64,000 bases of DNA from assembly GCA_004764695.1 (NCBI GenBank), contig SMSO01000035.1:1116001-1180000 (forward strand), read 5' to 3'. Shown piece after piece: positions 34,770 through 45,728 of the stretch. The notes under the pieces were generated by a model, which ran no database searches, was not told the origin of the DNA, and was given only the letters and a program-made list of their open reading frames with translations. Positions within the stretch are counted from its first letter, which is position 1. Each line of letters starts with the position of its first letter. A program made the position numbers and the translations under genes. The stretch comes from Schizochytrium sp. TIO01. Its lineage: Eukaryota; Protista; Bigyra: Labyrinthulomycetes.

Positions 34770-35718
34770 TTGAGGCTACTCCCCTTTTGTTTTTCCATTC
34801 CCCCCTATCGAACTGCCGATGTTTTGTCTTTCATTCTACCCTATTGCACATTGAGAGATGCTCTAGTCTCAGTGACCCTCTTTTTTCCACAGATTGCTAC
34901 AAGATTGTTGCTTTGGGGAAGCGAGTGTTGTGAGACTATCTATTTTCACGCAACAACCTGGCAATGCCTCAATCTCCTAGTCTGGACAAGATTCCCTCAA
35001 ATTGACAACCTCCAACTGTCAGGAGCTGTGACATACTCGCCTCGTCCTCTTCAAAGCATCGCCATTCTGAGCAACAATGTCGCCTTACATTTTCCTCAAT
35101 GAAGGCGTCCGTTGACCTTCATGACAGTTGGGCACCGATCGTCGTTGCCCTCTTGCTTCTTGGCTTCCTGTGATCCTCTCCGCTGTCCACACCATGATTC
35201 CTTCCAGCTGCTACTGCTGCTGCTACTGCTTCTACGACTCTGAGCGATGCCAATCCTCCCATCACAATCCAAGTATTAGGAATCCCGCATTGGCTGCCAG
35301 CGGTTCGCCATCTTCCTCGAAACCTTGCACGTACAGACTTCATCACCTTCCTACTTTGCCCAAGCCTTCGCTGAGCCAATTTCCGCGAAGACCTCGACTT
35401 CATTTGCAGCCAGCCATCCACCATTAGCTCATGATGGCCTGATGCCACCTGACTCCACATCACAGGAGCAGGTTCTGTCTGCAGTCTTGCTTGCCTTGCT
35501 TCAACTGAGAACGGCCATCTCATAAAGTTCTGTGCGCTATGGAGGTCTGCGTGCAAGCAAATGTGCCCCTTCAGCCCGTTCCCGAGGACAGGCAGACCAT
35601 CACCTGGGCTTTGCTCTTTCCAAGAAAGCTAAAGGCGCTCGCTTACGATGACTATTTTGCTTGGCCATCCATGGCCACGGCTCCGCTTCTTCGTCTTAGA
35701 GCTCTTCTTCAACTTTGA
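34770..35718 (+). pseudogene. Possible decayed F-box-type gene
   Basis: ADVLSFILPYCTLRDALVSV resembles an F-box. Downstream coding-like frames are interrupted by several TGA stops and frame changes. Confidence 0.25.
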
Positions 35719-36249
35719 CACCACGCACGCTCGCACACAATCGAAGTGCAGGGTTTCCTGAACCCTGAGATCTTCCTAACAAGCAATGCTTTCTTGGCGG
35801 CCAGCATTCAAGTAAGCAAGCAACGCAGTCAGCGAGGGCACACGAGGCCACGCGAGCGAAGCCTGCCGTCTCAAAATGAGCGCGACCGAGCTTGGCTTGG
35901 GCTCCTGGGAATAAACCGCCTTTTGGCTCTGCATTACATTACATTACATTACATCGCAGTGCAGTGCATTCATTGCACTGTGATTTATAGAGCGAAAGCA
36001 ATTTGCACGAGAATTCATCGCATCGAGCGGCACCGAATAAGCCGCGCTGCCTCCGATGCTCAGCCAGTGTCTGTCTGGACGCCCAGATCCTCCACCTCGA
36101 GCACGCCGACTGGGCAGATCGATTGATTTGGTTTGGTCGAGTCGATAGAGTTGATCAATCGAATGGAATGAGTTGATTGAATTCAAGTCCAACGGAGCGA
36201 AGTGATTTTAGAGAGAATGAGCGATTCATCCTGAAAAGCGAATTACAAT

Positions 36250-36300
36250 AAGAAAGAAAGAAAGAAAGAAAAGAAAGAAAGAAAGAAAGAAAGAAAGAAA
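36250..36300. repeat. (AAAG)n microsatellite
   Basis: About 12 AAAG units with one slip. Confidence 0.85.
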
Positions 36301-36860
36301 CAGAGAGAATGAAAGTTTTCGATGGAATCAGCGAATCGATTAATCGAATGTCTGAATCATTGTGTAAATTCAGTGCTGCTGTCATCACACCTGTGAACGA
36401 ACCACATGAATCACAACCACAATCAGCATCAGCACCGCCGCCAGAACTCTGTGCGGCAGCCAGCGAACTAGTCCCGTGCTGGCAGCATGCATCATCCACG
36501 CCCTCTTTCACGGTGCGAGGTCTTGGCCAGGAGCCATCGATCGTCCATGGCTTACAAAGAATCAGACATTAACTCACGCGCACACATGACATAATAGAAA
36601 TGCCGTACGCCCATAGAAACTTGGGAGCGATTTAGCGCTTCCTCGATCTATGTATGTATGTAGTATGTATGTCAATGCTCGTGCCGATTCTCAAGTTTCG
36701 TCATCCTACGCGAGCGAGCAAACTGGCCTGCGACCTGGGCTTGGTTATCTCCAGCTTCTTCGCAGCCTGCATGTGTCGCAGGACGAAGGCTTCTGTGATT
36801 TGTAAAACTTGTTTCGTTGTTGTACTCGACGGCATCAGAAATCATTGATACATATACATC

Positions 36861-36917
36861 ACAAACAAACAAAAAAATAAACAAATAAACAAAAAAACAA
36901 ATAAACAAATAAACAAA
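36861..36917. repeat. Imperfect (AAAC/AAAT)n microsatellite
   Basis: acaaacaaac...acaaataaac repeats. Confidence 0.65.
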
Positions 36918-37893
36918 GAGCGAAATTAATCAGTCGATGAGAGAGCGTGTGGATAGTTAGTTTATAAGCAAGCGCCCATGCCTCGGTCCCGAGCGATGGC
37001 TCCCGGGAGGAGGGAAAGCAGGCATGGGTAAGTGGTCCAAGGCCTCTACGAAGGCCATCCCTAGCTTATCCACCGAGAGGGCGGACTCCTCCTCCTCCTC
37101 CCTGCCTTTCCTTCGTGGTGAAAATGTCAATTTATCCTCTCGCGGGATTCCTAGCGCTACTTAGGCAACGCCGTAGTAGTTCCTTCTTTCCACTGGCCTC
37201 GCAGAGATTCCTATTCCTCTTTTCCAAATCAGCGCTGCGAGGCTCTGTATGTCTTATTTATACCCCATATCGTGGCCTGGTTGACCTCGAAGACAGCACA
37301 GGAGGGCAGGAGGGGCATTGCATCGCTGCCAGAGTCAGGATGGAACAACGGCTGCAAGGTTTGATTCGAGGAGCGGTTAGGAAATTGGTTGGGATTTGAC
37401 AATTTTCGTTTCTCTCTGCTTTGTTTGTTTGATTATTTTATTTTTTGTTCAATTTCGTTTGTTCACTTACGAGTTTCTTTCTTCAGTATAGTATTGCCTA
37501 GTTGATAGCTAGGTAGTTACCAACTAACCTTTTTTTCCTTGTTTCAAACCTTCCTATTACCTACCTACTAAAGTAGAAGAATTTCTTTTTAACTTTGTCG
37601 ATCGCGATGCGATCGATTGTATGTTCGCAAACCCGAATCCGACTCCGACAACCATCGCTGGTGGCACGAGGCTTCAAAGCAGTGCCTTGGGCGGCTCTGC
37701 GAGGCACCTGTGGTTGTCGAGACGGGTTGGGCGTCGCTGGGATTGTATTTACTTTAAAAGGATCTTGGAGCTTGAGGACTTGCCCAGCTAAGTTGCCAGC
37801 TCCGGGTTCTTAGGCCTCGCCTCCAGAAGGGTAGACCAGACAACTGTACAGGCTCTAAAATAGGGCGAAGAAGCAAATAGGAGTTGAGGGAGT

Positions 37894-39741
37894 ATGTTTT
37901 TCTTAATGTTTAACAAAGCATCGAACTTGAAAAAGCGTCGAGCTAACCTTCAAAAACATTTGCAGGAACTCCTGCATCGGTGTAGTGATGGAGATCCCGT
38001 GGCAGTGGAGGCTGTCATAAAAAACATCGACCCTTCGATCAAGGGCAATGAGCAGGCCAGCAAAGAGTTAGAAAAGATGGTGCAGAATTTTGTTGAAACT
38101 GCAATTGAGCAAGCCTTCCGTACAAGGCAGCTCGCAGTGCTTCTGCCGCTGTGTGAAGGAAACAACTGGACATTCACAGTGGATGTTGGTGAGGATAAGC
38201 GCAGATTCTGTGATCGTATCTTAGATGTTGCACTTACGAAGTCGCTTTCCACGGTCAACTTGGCTGGTATGCGATTAGTTTTGCAGTACTCGTACTGGAC
38301 ACCACGTCTTCACCACAATTTTATATCTATCGCTTGTCGCTGCAATAACATTCAAGTTGTTGAAGAAATTCTCTCTGATGGACGCATGTGTGGACCCAAG
38401 GATCAACAGCAATGGGAGTCTGCAGCGCTTGAATCTGCTCGCAATGGCCGAATGAATACACTTCAAGCAATCGTAGAAGGCAGAGCACTCGTAGATAATG
38501 GAATCGGTGAAGGAATAATATTTATCGCAGCCTGTGCCAAGGGCCAAAGTACTATTGTCAACATATTACTGCAAGACCCAAACGTAGATGTTGTTAAATA
38601 TGGGTCAGATGCTCTTCATAAAGCAGCTGCCAGTGGATGCGCTGAAGTGGTATATAAACTACTGAACGACTCAAGTATTGATCCTGCTCAAGATGACTGG
38701 GTTGCTCTTGACGCAGCAGCTATTGGAGGCCACACACAATGTGTTATTTATTTACTTGAAAGCTTGAAGAAATACTTCGGTGGTGCAGACGATAATCATG
38801 CGGAGATGATTCGAGCTCGCACCGTGACTGCTGCTTCGCAGTACCCGCAGGCGCTGGAGTCAATGCAAGCAATTCTTGCTGAAGGTCCATGCAATCTGCA
38901 CAATATTGGTAGTGCTATTATTCTTAAGGTTTGTGTCTGGGACCTTGCTCAGCCCACTGTGTCTGCGGCACACGCTGAGCCTCTTATTTTGCATCTAACT
39001 GAGCGTTGTGAAACCCCATCGAACGACATCATAAAGGCAGTTGCCACGGGACTCGCTCAATGGGCGATTCGTTCTGGAAATAAAAATCTGCTTCACTTGT
39101 GGCTCTATGACGAAACCCTTCCTATCCAAGGAGATGATGTGCTCATGGAAGCATGCAAAACTGCTCACCTGGACGTTTTCGAGCTTGCTATTGAAAGCAA
39201 ACGCATAACCCTGAACCCAGCTATTATTTGGGAAAATGCCTGTATGGTCAAGCACCACGCTATTTTGCATCACCTAATGCGCAGCAATCTGAATAGTCCG
39301 AGTAATTCCGTCATGCGTACACACGCGCTTGCCCGGGCCTGTGAGCAAGGCAACGCTCTTGTGGTACGCGGTTTGCTTCGCGATGCAAATGTTTCGCTTT
39401 TCAACGATGGCGAGGCCATTCGTGTAAGCAAGCTATCTGTGATGAAGGCACTAATGAGGCGGCAAGGAATCGACCCATATGACTCTCGTTTGCTCATTGA
39501 AAGCTTTGATCCTGAAGAGGCTCTACATGAGGTAAGATCAGAAATGAAGCAAGAGGCGAAAAATGCAATGGCGGTTGCACTGTCTATTATCAATCCGTTG
39601 GCCGCTGACTTACAGTCTCGTGACGTAGCTATTCGAATTAGTGCGATGGCATTTGGTGATGATATTTTGCGCAGTGGCTTGTCAAGCGACGATGTCTTTC
39701 TTCGTGCTAGGCAGCTACTATCAAAACTCATTGCTTATTAA
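37894..39741 (+). CDS. Divergent ankyrin-repeat protein
   Basis: 615-aa ORF with AACAKGQSTIVNILLQDPNVD, ALHKAAASGCAEVVYKLLND..IDP, ALDAAAIGGHTQCVIYLL and RACEQGNALVVRGLL. Confidence 0.85.
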   Translation: MFFLMFNKASNLKKRRANLQKHLQELLHRCSDGDPVAVEAVIKNIDPSIKGNEQASKELEKMVQNFVETAIEQAFRTRQLAVLLPLCEGNNWTFTVDVGEDKRRFCDRILDVALTKSLSTVNLAGMRLVLQYSYWTPRLHHNFISIACRCNNIQVVEEILSDGRMCGPKDQQQWESAALESARNGRMNTLQAIVEGRALVDNGIGEGIIFIAACAKGQSTIVNILLQDPNVDVVKYGSDALHKAAASGCAEVVYKLLNDSSIDPAQDDWVALDAAAIGGHTQCVIYLLESLKKYFGGADDNHAEMIRARTVTAASQYPQALESMQAILAEGPCNLHNIGSAIILKVCVWDLAQPTVSAAHAEPLILHLTERCETPSNDIIKAVATGLAQWAIRSGNKNLLHLWLYDETLPIQGDDVLMEACKTAHLDVFELAIESKRITLNPAIIWENACMVKHHAILHHLMRSNLNSPSNSVMRTHALARACEQGNALVVRGLLRDANVSLFNDGEAIRVSKLSVMKALMRRQGIDPYDSRLLIESFDPEEALHEVRSEMKQEAKNAMAVALSIINPLAADLQSRDVAIRISAMAFGDDILRSGLSSDDVFLRARQLLSKLIAY

Positions 39742-40351
39742 ATTACGCACTCATGAACACATGTTGCAAATGATTGATTTATTGAAATGGCCGTTCTGAC
39801 GCAGAAAATAATTATTCCAAAGTGCTGTTATCCCGCATCGCATCTGGTTGTATAGTACAATAATATTCTTCTTCTCTTTTTATTCATTGATGGTGTGTGA
39901 GCGAGCAAGTGTAGGCAAAACTGGTTCCATTCTTAATAATACTAGTGCCTTGTGATTGCCAGCAATTACTCATCTTTCATTTGATCTTTCTTGCGATATT
40001 TAGGGTTTGTATCAGCATATGATATACACAGCACTTTTAAGCTAGGTTAATTATTTTTGGCTATCTTCATGAGTTCTTTTTGTATGCCGTTTCTTTGTTA
40101 TTCCAATTAGCTCAATAGTTTCCTCTCAAATATCTTGATTTGATTCACTTGCTGCATATTTTATATAAATAGTGGCGTAGAACGATTTAAACTTTGATGT
40201 CGGGGAAGTATACAAGAGATAAAATAAAACACATATCAACTTATGAAGAAAATAGTAATTTCCTAGCGAATAAATGAAAGAAAACATTCAAGAAGGGTGC
40301 TCCTAAAATAAACAAAAACCCAGAGAGCATTCGATAAATACTGCATCATTT

Positions 40352-41332
40352 TTAAGCAGCGGTGAGCCAAAATGTCGTTTGAAGTAATTCGCCTCTCTGT
40401 TGATGAGCATGACGATGTAAAATAGAAAATCCTGCTCGTTGAAAAAGTTCCAAACCAGTATCGTCCATGCAGCGTACAAGAACTCTGCGCTTCCGGGCTT
40501 TGGCCTCAACTATAGCAGCCTTTGCCAATGCAATACGTGCTTCATTTGTGAATCCTACGCAGTATGATAGTACAAGCCAATCGGAAGGTGTTTCGCCCAC
40601 TAGTGATTGATCGACTTCAACAAGCTCTTGAACACAGCCAACGGCACGAAGATCTAGGAGATGACTCGTGTACAGGTAGTGACCCTTAGGTTCACCAGTA
40701 TCTTCATCAGTTGTTGGACGATAATAATGTTGCCGTAGCTCATGCCAGACACTTGGATAACGTTCTGCGTTGTCTACCACACTCCACCCGGCGAGTTGCT
40801 TCGCATCCGCATTTTCTCCAGGAATCCTTTCTTCTGCAAATCGAACCGTACCAGACTTCATGGCGGTCTGTAGAGCACACTCCAAAACTCGAAATGGGAC
40901 TTCAAGACGCCACTCAGCCTCAGGAACCTCTGCGTCATCAGCTTTGCTTAACTCACTAATCCTGCTCGAGTTTTCTCCACTTTCTTCACTGTATTGATAT
41001 GTTGCTTCCTCTGCCTTAGATGCCGTATTTTGAGCAATACTTGCCTTGGTACTTGCTGTGGCAACATCTGCTTCAGTGTTATCAGTATTTGATATTTCCT
41101 CCTCGTTCTGGTACCCGTTATCGTCCTCTGAGCCACGTTTGGAAATTTCATCTGACTCGCCGCGCTCTTTACTTTTCAGGGCTTCGCATGAATTACCTTG
41201 CGTCACCAGGCGCCAGAAGCGGTCTTCTGTGATGCACTGCAGGCCAGCGCTTCGGGTTGCTACTGCTGCCACATCTGTCTCATCTTTCACAGACGGAGAC
41301 TTGCTAACAATATAGAACTTTGAAGATGACAT
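40352..41332 (-). CDS. Hypothetical protein with C-terminal GNAT-like acetyltransferase fold
   Basis: 326-aa ORF. The C-terminal ...LAKAAIVEAKARKRRVLVRC..TGLELFQRAGFSIL resembles the GNAT helix/beta5/motif B (LY.+.GF). An acidic disordered insert lies near the N-terminus. Confidence 0.65.
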   Translation of the reverse strand: MSSSKFYIVSKSPSVKDETDVAAVATRSAGLQCITEDRFWRLVTQGNSCEALKSKERGESDEISKRGSEDDNGYQNEEEISNTDNTEADVATASTKASIAQNTASKAEEATYQYSEESGENSSRISELSKADDAEVPEAEWRLEVPFRVLECALQTAMKSGTVRFAEERIPGENADAKQLAGWSVVDNAERYPSVWHELRQHYYRPTTDEDTGEPKGHYLYTSHLLDLRAVGCVQELVEVDQSLVGETPSDWLVLSYCVGFTNEARIALAKAAIVEAKARKRRVLVRCMDDTGLELFQRAGFSILHRHAHQQRGELLQTTFWLTAA

Positions 41333-41677
41333 TGACGACCCTCCACTTGCGTAGCTGCCACGGCTACTTTAAATCCCGAAGGTCTGGGCAAAATAGGGGG
41401 TCTACAGCGCACTCTTTCTTGACCACCACTAGCAGCAAGTCAACTCACGACGGAAAAGTAAGGGTACTCAGAGAGTCCTCGACCAAGCATTAAAGACTGC
41501 GCAACCCGCTTCAGTTGTTATTGGGAAGTAAAATAAATCATATGAAAACGAGAAAGCAACGTTGTACTAGTATTCTCCAAAAGAAAAAGCAAAACTGGAG
41601 CTTGCCAATAAAGTCTTGCCATCGTTGTTTGAGAACATTGCTCAAAGCCTGCACGACTTGAGTTCGTCGAGCGCATC

Positions 41678-41929
41678 ATGAGTTTATTACCAGATCTACA
41701 TACAGAGGCTGCATCCAGGCAGAAGCAGCTGGATGCACTTGAGCGTCTTTGTACAGCTGTTCATGACATGAAACGAGAGTTAGAGGGCTTGAACGACAAG
41801 GTCACAGAGGTAAACGGGGCGTTTGGACGGGTTGAGCGGAAACTGGATGCAATGTCACTCCCATTTCAGAGTGCAGTATTTGAATTTCAGAATCGTGTCG
41901 CGAATAACGAGAATCGCTTTGTCAACTGA
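41678..41929 (+). CDS. Small coiled-coil protein, candidate DASH/Dam1 complex subunit Dad2
   Basis: 83-aa ATG ORF divergent from the GNAT-like gene. RQKQLDALERL...MKRELEGLNDKVTEV.G..RVERKL..M..PFQ follows the Dad2 heptad pattern as I recall it. Confidence 0.55.
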   Translation: MSLLPDLHTEAASRQKQLDALERLCTAVHDMKRELEGLNDKVTEVNGAFGRVERKLDAMSLPFQSAVFEFQNRVANNENRFVN

Positions 41930-44675
41930 GTTTTGTCAAGGTGGAGAGTAAACATGGAACTCTGCTTACCATGGTGCTTCTTACCTACAGGGCGACTTTT
42001 CATGATGGCTATACCAGATAACATACATATCGGAATTGTTTACAGCAGATTGCAAGTACTTTTTCACGAATGAAGTAGCCTTTGTTGCAGTCTTCGATGC
42101 TTAATTTCCCGAGTCTAACAATTGGGTTCTTACTTTGTCTTGTCCTCTTTTTGTAGGATTATATACTACTGCAGAAAGTTCAAAATCAGATGCTGGATAA
42201 AGAAGCAATCTATCTAATTGCATAACTTAAGCTCTACTGAGCTTTGATTATGACGTTGCATTACATGCCTTTAATAATGTAATCTTTTAAATCAATTAAA
42301 ACACTGATGTCTTGTTTTCTAGATCACATTGCACATTGATGATGGGAGATTCCGATTGGCAAGTCATATGAGCTGCGCAACTTATTGCATGACCTCAGTT
42401 TCTATGGGGACTTCAAAAACGATTCAAAGCATCAAAGTTGCATACGTCCCCTCTGTTTTGCATTTAAGAAACCTAAGTATGCATTCATATTTGGATATTC
42501 TATTGTTTGCACTCATTTTCTACGCAGCGATAACTAATTAAGTAAGATCCAGGAGAAAGTTCGTTACAGAACTGCTTTCGATCTATTTTGGAACCTTATT
42601 TACTCCATGATTGCTCTTTGATGCAGTGAGCTTGAACTTTTTGACTTCTCACCTACCTCTAGATTTTGTAGGTCTTAAACTCATTTCGAGGCCAGAGTTT
42701 GTTCGTGCGCTCACTCGCTCACTTGCTTTTTCGACCGCTCATCACATGTGACGTGCGCCATGTACTTTTAAACAGGGTACTTGCTGTAAGCTAGGAAGAA
42801 ATTGCAGATCGAGTTTACATCAAGCGAGCGAGTGTACATTCTACTTGAATTCTTGTCAGAATTCTGCGCGCATGTTTTTCTTTTTTTAAGAATGCCAGTT
42901 TCCAACCTGGCAATCTCATTAGCTACCACTCTTTCGGGTGCTTAGTGGGTGAGTCTATCCAGGGCAGTCAAAAAATAGTAACGTAGGATGTGCCAGTGCT
43001 TCTGCAACAAGCTCCCAAAGTATCAGCACAACACACACCCTCTCACGCACCCTTGTTCAAAGATGTCTTGATGTTACCCTCCATCGTGACAAGTCATAAC
43101 TCCTGAGATCAAGAGATCAATAGTTTTATCTCAAATACATAGCGTGAGCGCGCCACTAGCCAAGAGAGTCGCGGTTTAACTGCTCTGCTTGACACTCCTG
43201 TATGGAGGATGACTCATTCTATCTTCTTCGTGCTATAGGTCTCCTTATCTTGAGAACCCCATCAACATCGTGAAAAGATCAAGAGTGCCCAAACTTAAGG
43301 AGTACTAGTATACACTTCCTACTCCCCCACTCCCAAAATCTCCAGTGTGTTAGGGACGGGCTTCTTACTCATTGAAGCGACTAGCTCCTAAAAAGTTATC
43401 ATCTGCACAACACCTTGCTTGAGGACCAGAACCTGTGAGTCGATCTCGGCCCTCAGGAAGAACTCGAAGAGTCAGGAAGAACACATTCCTCGGAAGGTGT
43501 GGCAATCCTTGAAAACCCGTATATCGATGTTCAGACGCTTCACTGATGAGTATTCATATCTTGAAGGCGGCCAATCACAACTATGATTGTGAAAACACTT
43601 CAACAAACTCGGAGAAGTGCTCTCTTTGATGCATTGCATTGGTAGTAGAAGTACATAGGTACTACTTCGTGTGATTCAAAAGGAGGCCTCGCGGGCACCT
43701 GAGCCTAAAAACTCAAGAGTGCAAGTTTTTCTGATCCCAAACGAATTTCACTGCCTCGGAATCCGGAGAGGGAGCACTGCTACGTTGCGCTTTGGCAGTA
43801 CCTAGGTACTACATCTGTCACGAGATCTTATCATCTCATGAGTGAAACATTAGCGCGATGCACAATCATCCTTGTGCTTTACAATAAATAAGTAGGCCAT
43901 AGTCGCTTTTAATATGCCAACAACAAAGTTGGGCATGCGCCGCCTCCTCCTCAATTTCACGCTTTCCCGGCGTCTCCATGGTCCACCTTAAGTTTGGTTT
44001 CTTTGAGCCTAAGCCGACATGGATAATTAAGGTGCTTTGAGGTGCGTGCGCAGTCCATCTTTTTTTTTCTCCCGCTTTTCCCTTATGTGAATGATTCGGC
44101 GTCAGAAGAGAGAAAGAACTCTTTGAATAAAATCATTGAAAAATTAGCAATGTTCTCATGTAGAAGTATTTATCAAAGCGTAGTAGAATGCTATGATGTT
44201 GAAAAAAAAAAAAAAAGTTAGAAAAGCTTTTAATTTTTTACAGAAGGAGAGACTCTGTTTTCCTGTACTCTGACTCCATTCCCCGATCCCTTGAGGCGGC
44301 CTTCACCGGCTTGGCGCAGTCTACTTGCGCAGAGAGGTCTGTGCGAGAGGCTGAGAAGCTCGTTGAGGGGTAGAGTAGGTAGGCGAGCGAAACAACTGGC
44401 AGCGTGAGGCTAGCTTGGTGCTTGCAAGGTTGACCGGGCTCGTACATTCTGGCTGTTTAAAGAGGAAAACTATAGTCTTTCTTTCGTACTTCTCTTGCAC
44501 GTGCACACGAACGTCTGTGCACGTGACAACCTAGCGTACAAGTTGAAGACGAAGTCGCACAGTGTTTGATTTAATTAGACAGAGCTTAGCTAAGGGTCTG
44601 CGGAAGAAGGCATTGAATGCCTTCGTGACGCATTGGGCAGAGCAAAGTAGAATTTCGAGGTAGCGTTTTGCCAAT

Positions 44676-45728
44676 ATGGAACGCCTTCGACGGACCAGCG
44701 AATCAGCGAGGAAATTGTCTGCATCGTTGCTGATGATGAGAAAGGATGATGACGAGACAAGCACGTCAAGATCCACGACGTCAAAGTCGAAGTCCTCTAA
44801 AAGCAAGAAGGATAAAGCCCACAAAGCAAAGCTACGAGCCAAGATCAAGTTTGATCAAGAACGAAAAGGAGTCATGTCGTCGCTAGAGCGCGACGGTACA
44901 TTTAATCGTCGCAAAAGCCACGTACCCCCCGATGCGCTCATGGGTGCTATTGATGCAAGGGGAGGAAACTTCTCTCCATCGCGTGTTCGTCAGGCTCTAA
45001 TTCTCTTCTATGACCGACACGATCCCGACAAGGAAGACCTAGAGGATCTGCTTGATCTGTTATTGTATTATGCATCTCGAAGTGGAATGGGTCAACTCAA
45101 CAGCAAGCTGCGTAGGAAGTATGGTGAGGACCTTGATGATATTGAAGTTCATGATATTGAGGAGCTCGAGTTTGATGACTTTGACTACTCATTACCTCCT
45201 CCATCACCTGATGATGAACTTCCTCCACCAAATCCTGATGATATCTTAGATGACTCTATTGTGATGGATGGCCCCCCTCCTCCTCCATCAGAAGCAGAAT
45301 TCGATCGACCTCCCCCATATGCCCCTCCTGATGACAAGTACCGCAAAACCAAGGTTCAATCACGGCGGGACCCGGCGAAGAGTGTTCGTAAATCTAAATC
45401 TGTACGGAGCAGCAAGACTCTGAACAAAAATGGAGCTTCTCCACCTCCACCACCCCCCCCTCCCCCTGTTGAAGATGACGAGGATGACATGGATTATGCC
45501 TATGGTCATGATCGGCAACTCCAAAAGCAAAGCTCAAGAGCGAACCTGAAATCTATGAGAAAGAAGACCAGCAGCCGAGTTATTCATGATTATCCGCCTT
45601 CATATCATGAGATGGATAGCCATGGCGCAGCTTCTCCACCTCCACCACCAGATTTGCCGCGTTCTGATTCGAAACGAAAGAGCCTTTTGAGAAGTGGCTT
45701 TGAGAAGGCCCGGCGAGGATGGTCATAA
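44676..45728 (+). CDS. Proline-rich hypothetical protein with small helical FY..HDP.K / L..KYG domain
   Basis: 350-aa ORF with a basic N-terminus, LILFYDRHDPDK...QLNSKLRRKYGEDL and several poly-Pro tracts. Confidence 0.8.
   Translation: MERLRRTSESARKLSASLLMMRKDDDETSTSRSTTSKSKSSKSKKDKAHKAKLRAKIKFDQERKGVMSSLERDGTFNRRKSHVPPDALMGAIDARGGNFSPSRVRQALILFYDRHDPDKEDLEDLLDLLLYYASRSGMGQLNSKLRRKYGEDLDDIEVHDIEELEFDDFDYSLPPPSPDDELPPPNPDDILDDSIVMDGPPPPPSEAEFDRPPPYAPPDDKYRKTKVQSRRDPAKSVRKSKSVRSSKTLNKNGASPPPPPPPPPVEDDEDDMDYAYGHDRQLQKQSSRANLKSMRKKTSSRVIHDYPPSYHEMDSHGAASPPPPPDLPRSDSKRKSLLRSGFEKARRGWS

Noticed and set aside
42900-43900. Coding-like intergenic stretch (similar ones at 4700-5300, 46400-47700 and 63700-64000)
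   Set aside because: Frames are broken by stops and I recognised no motif, so no specific call can be supported.
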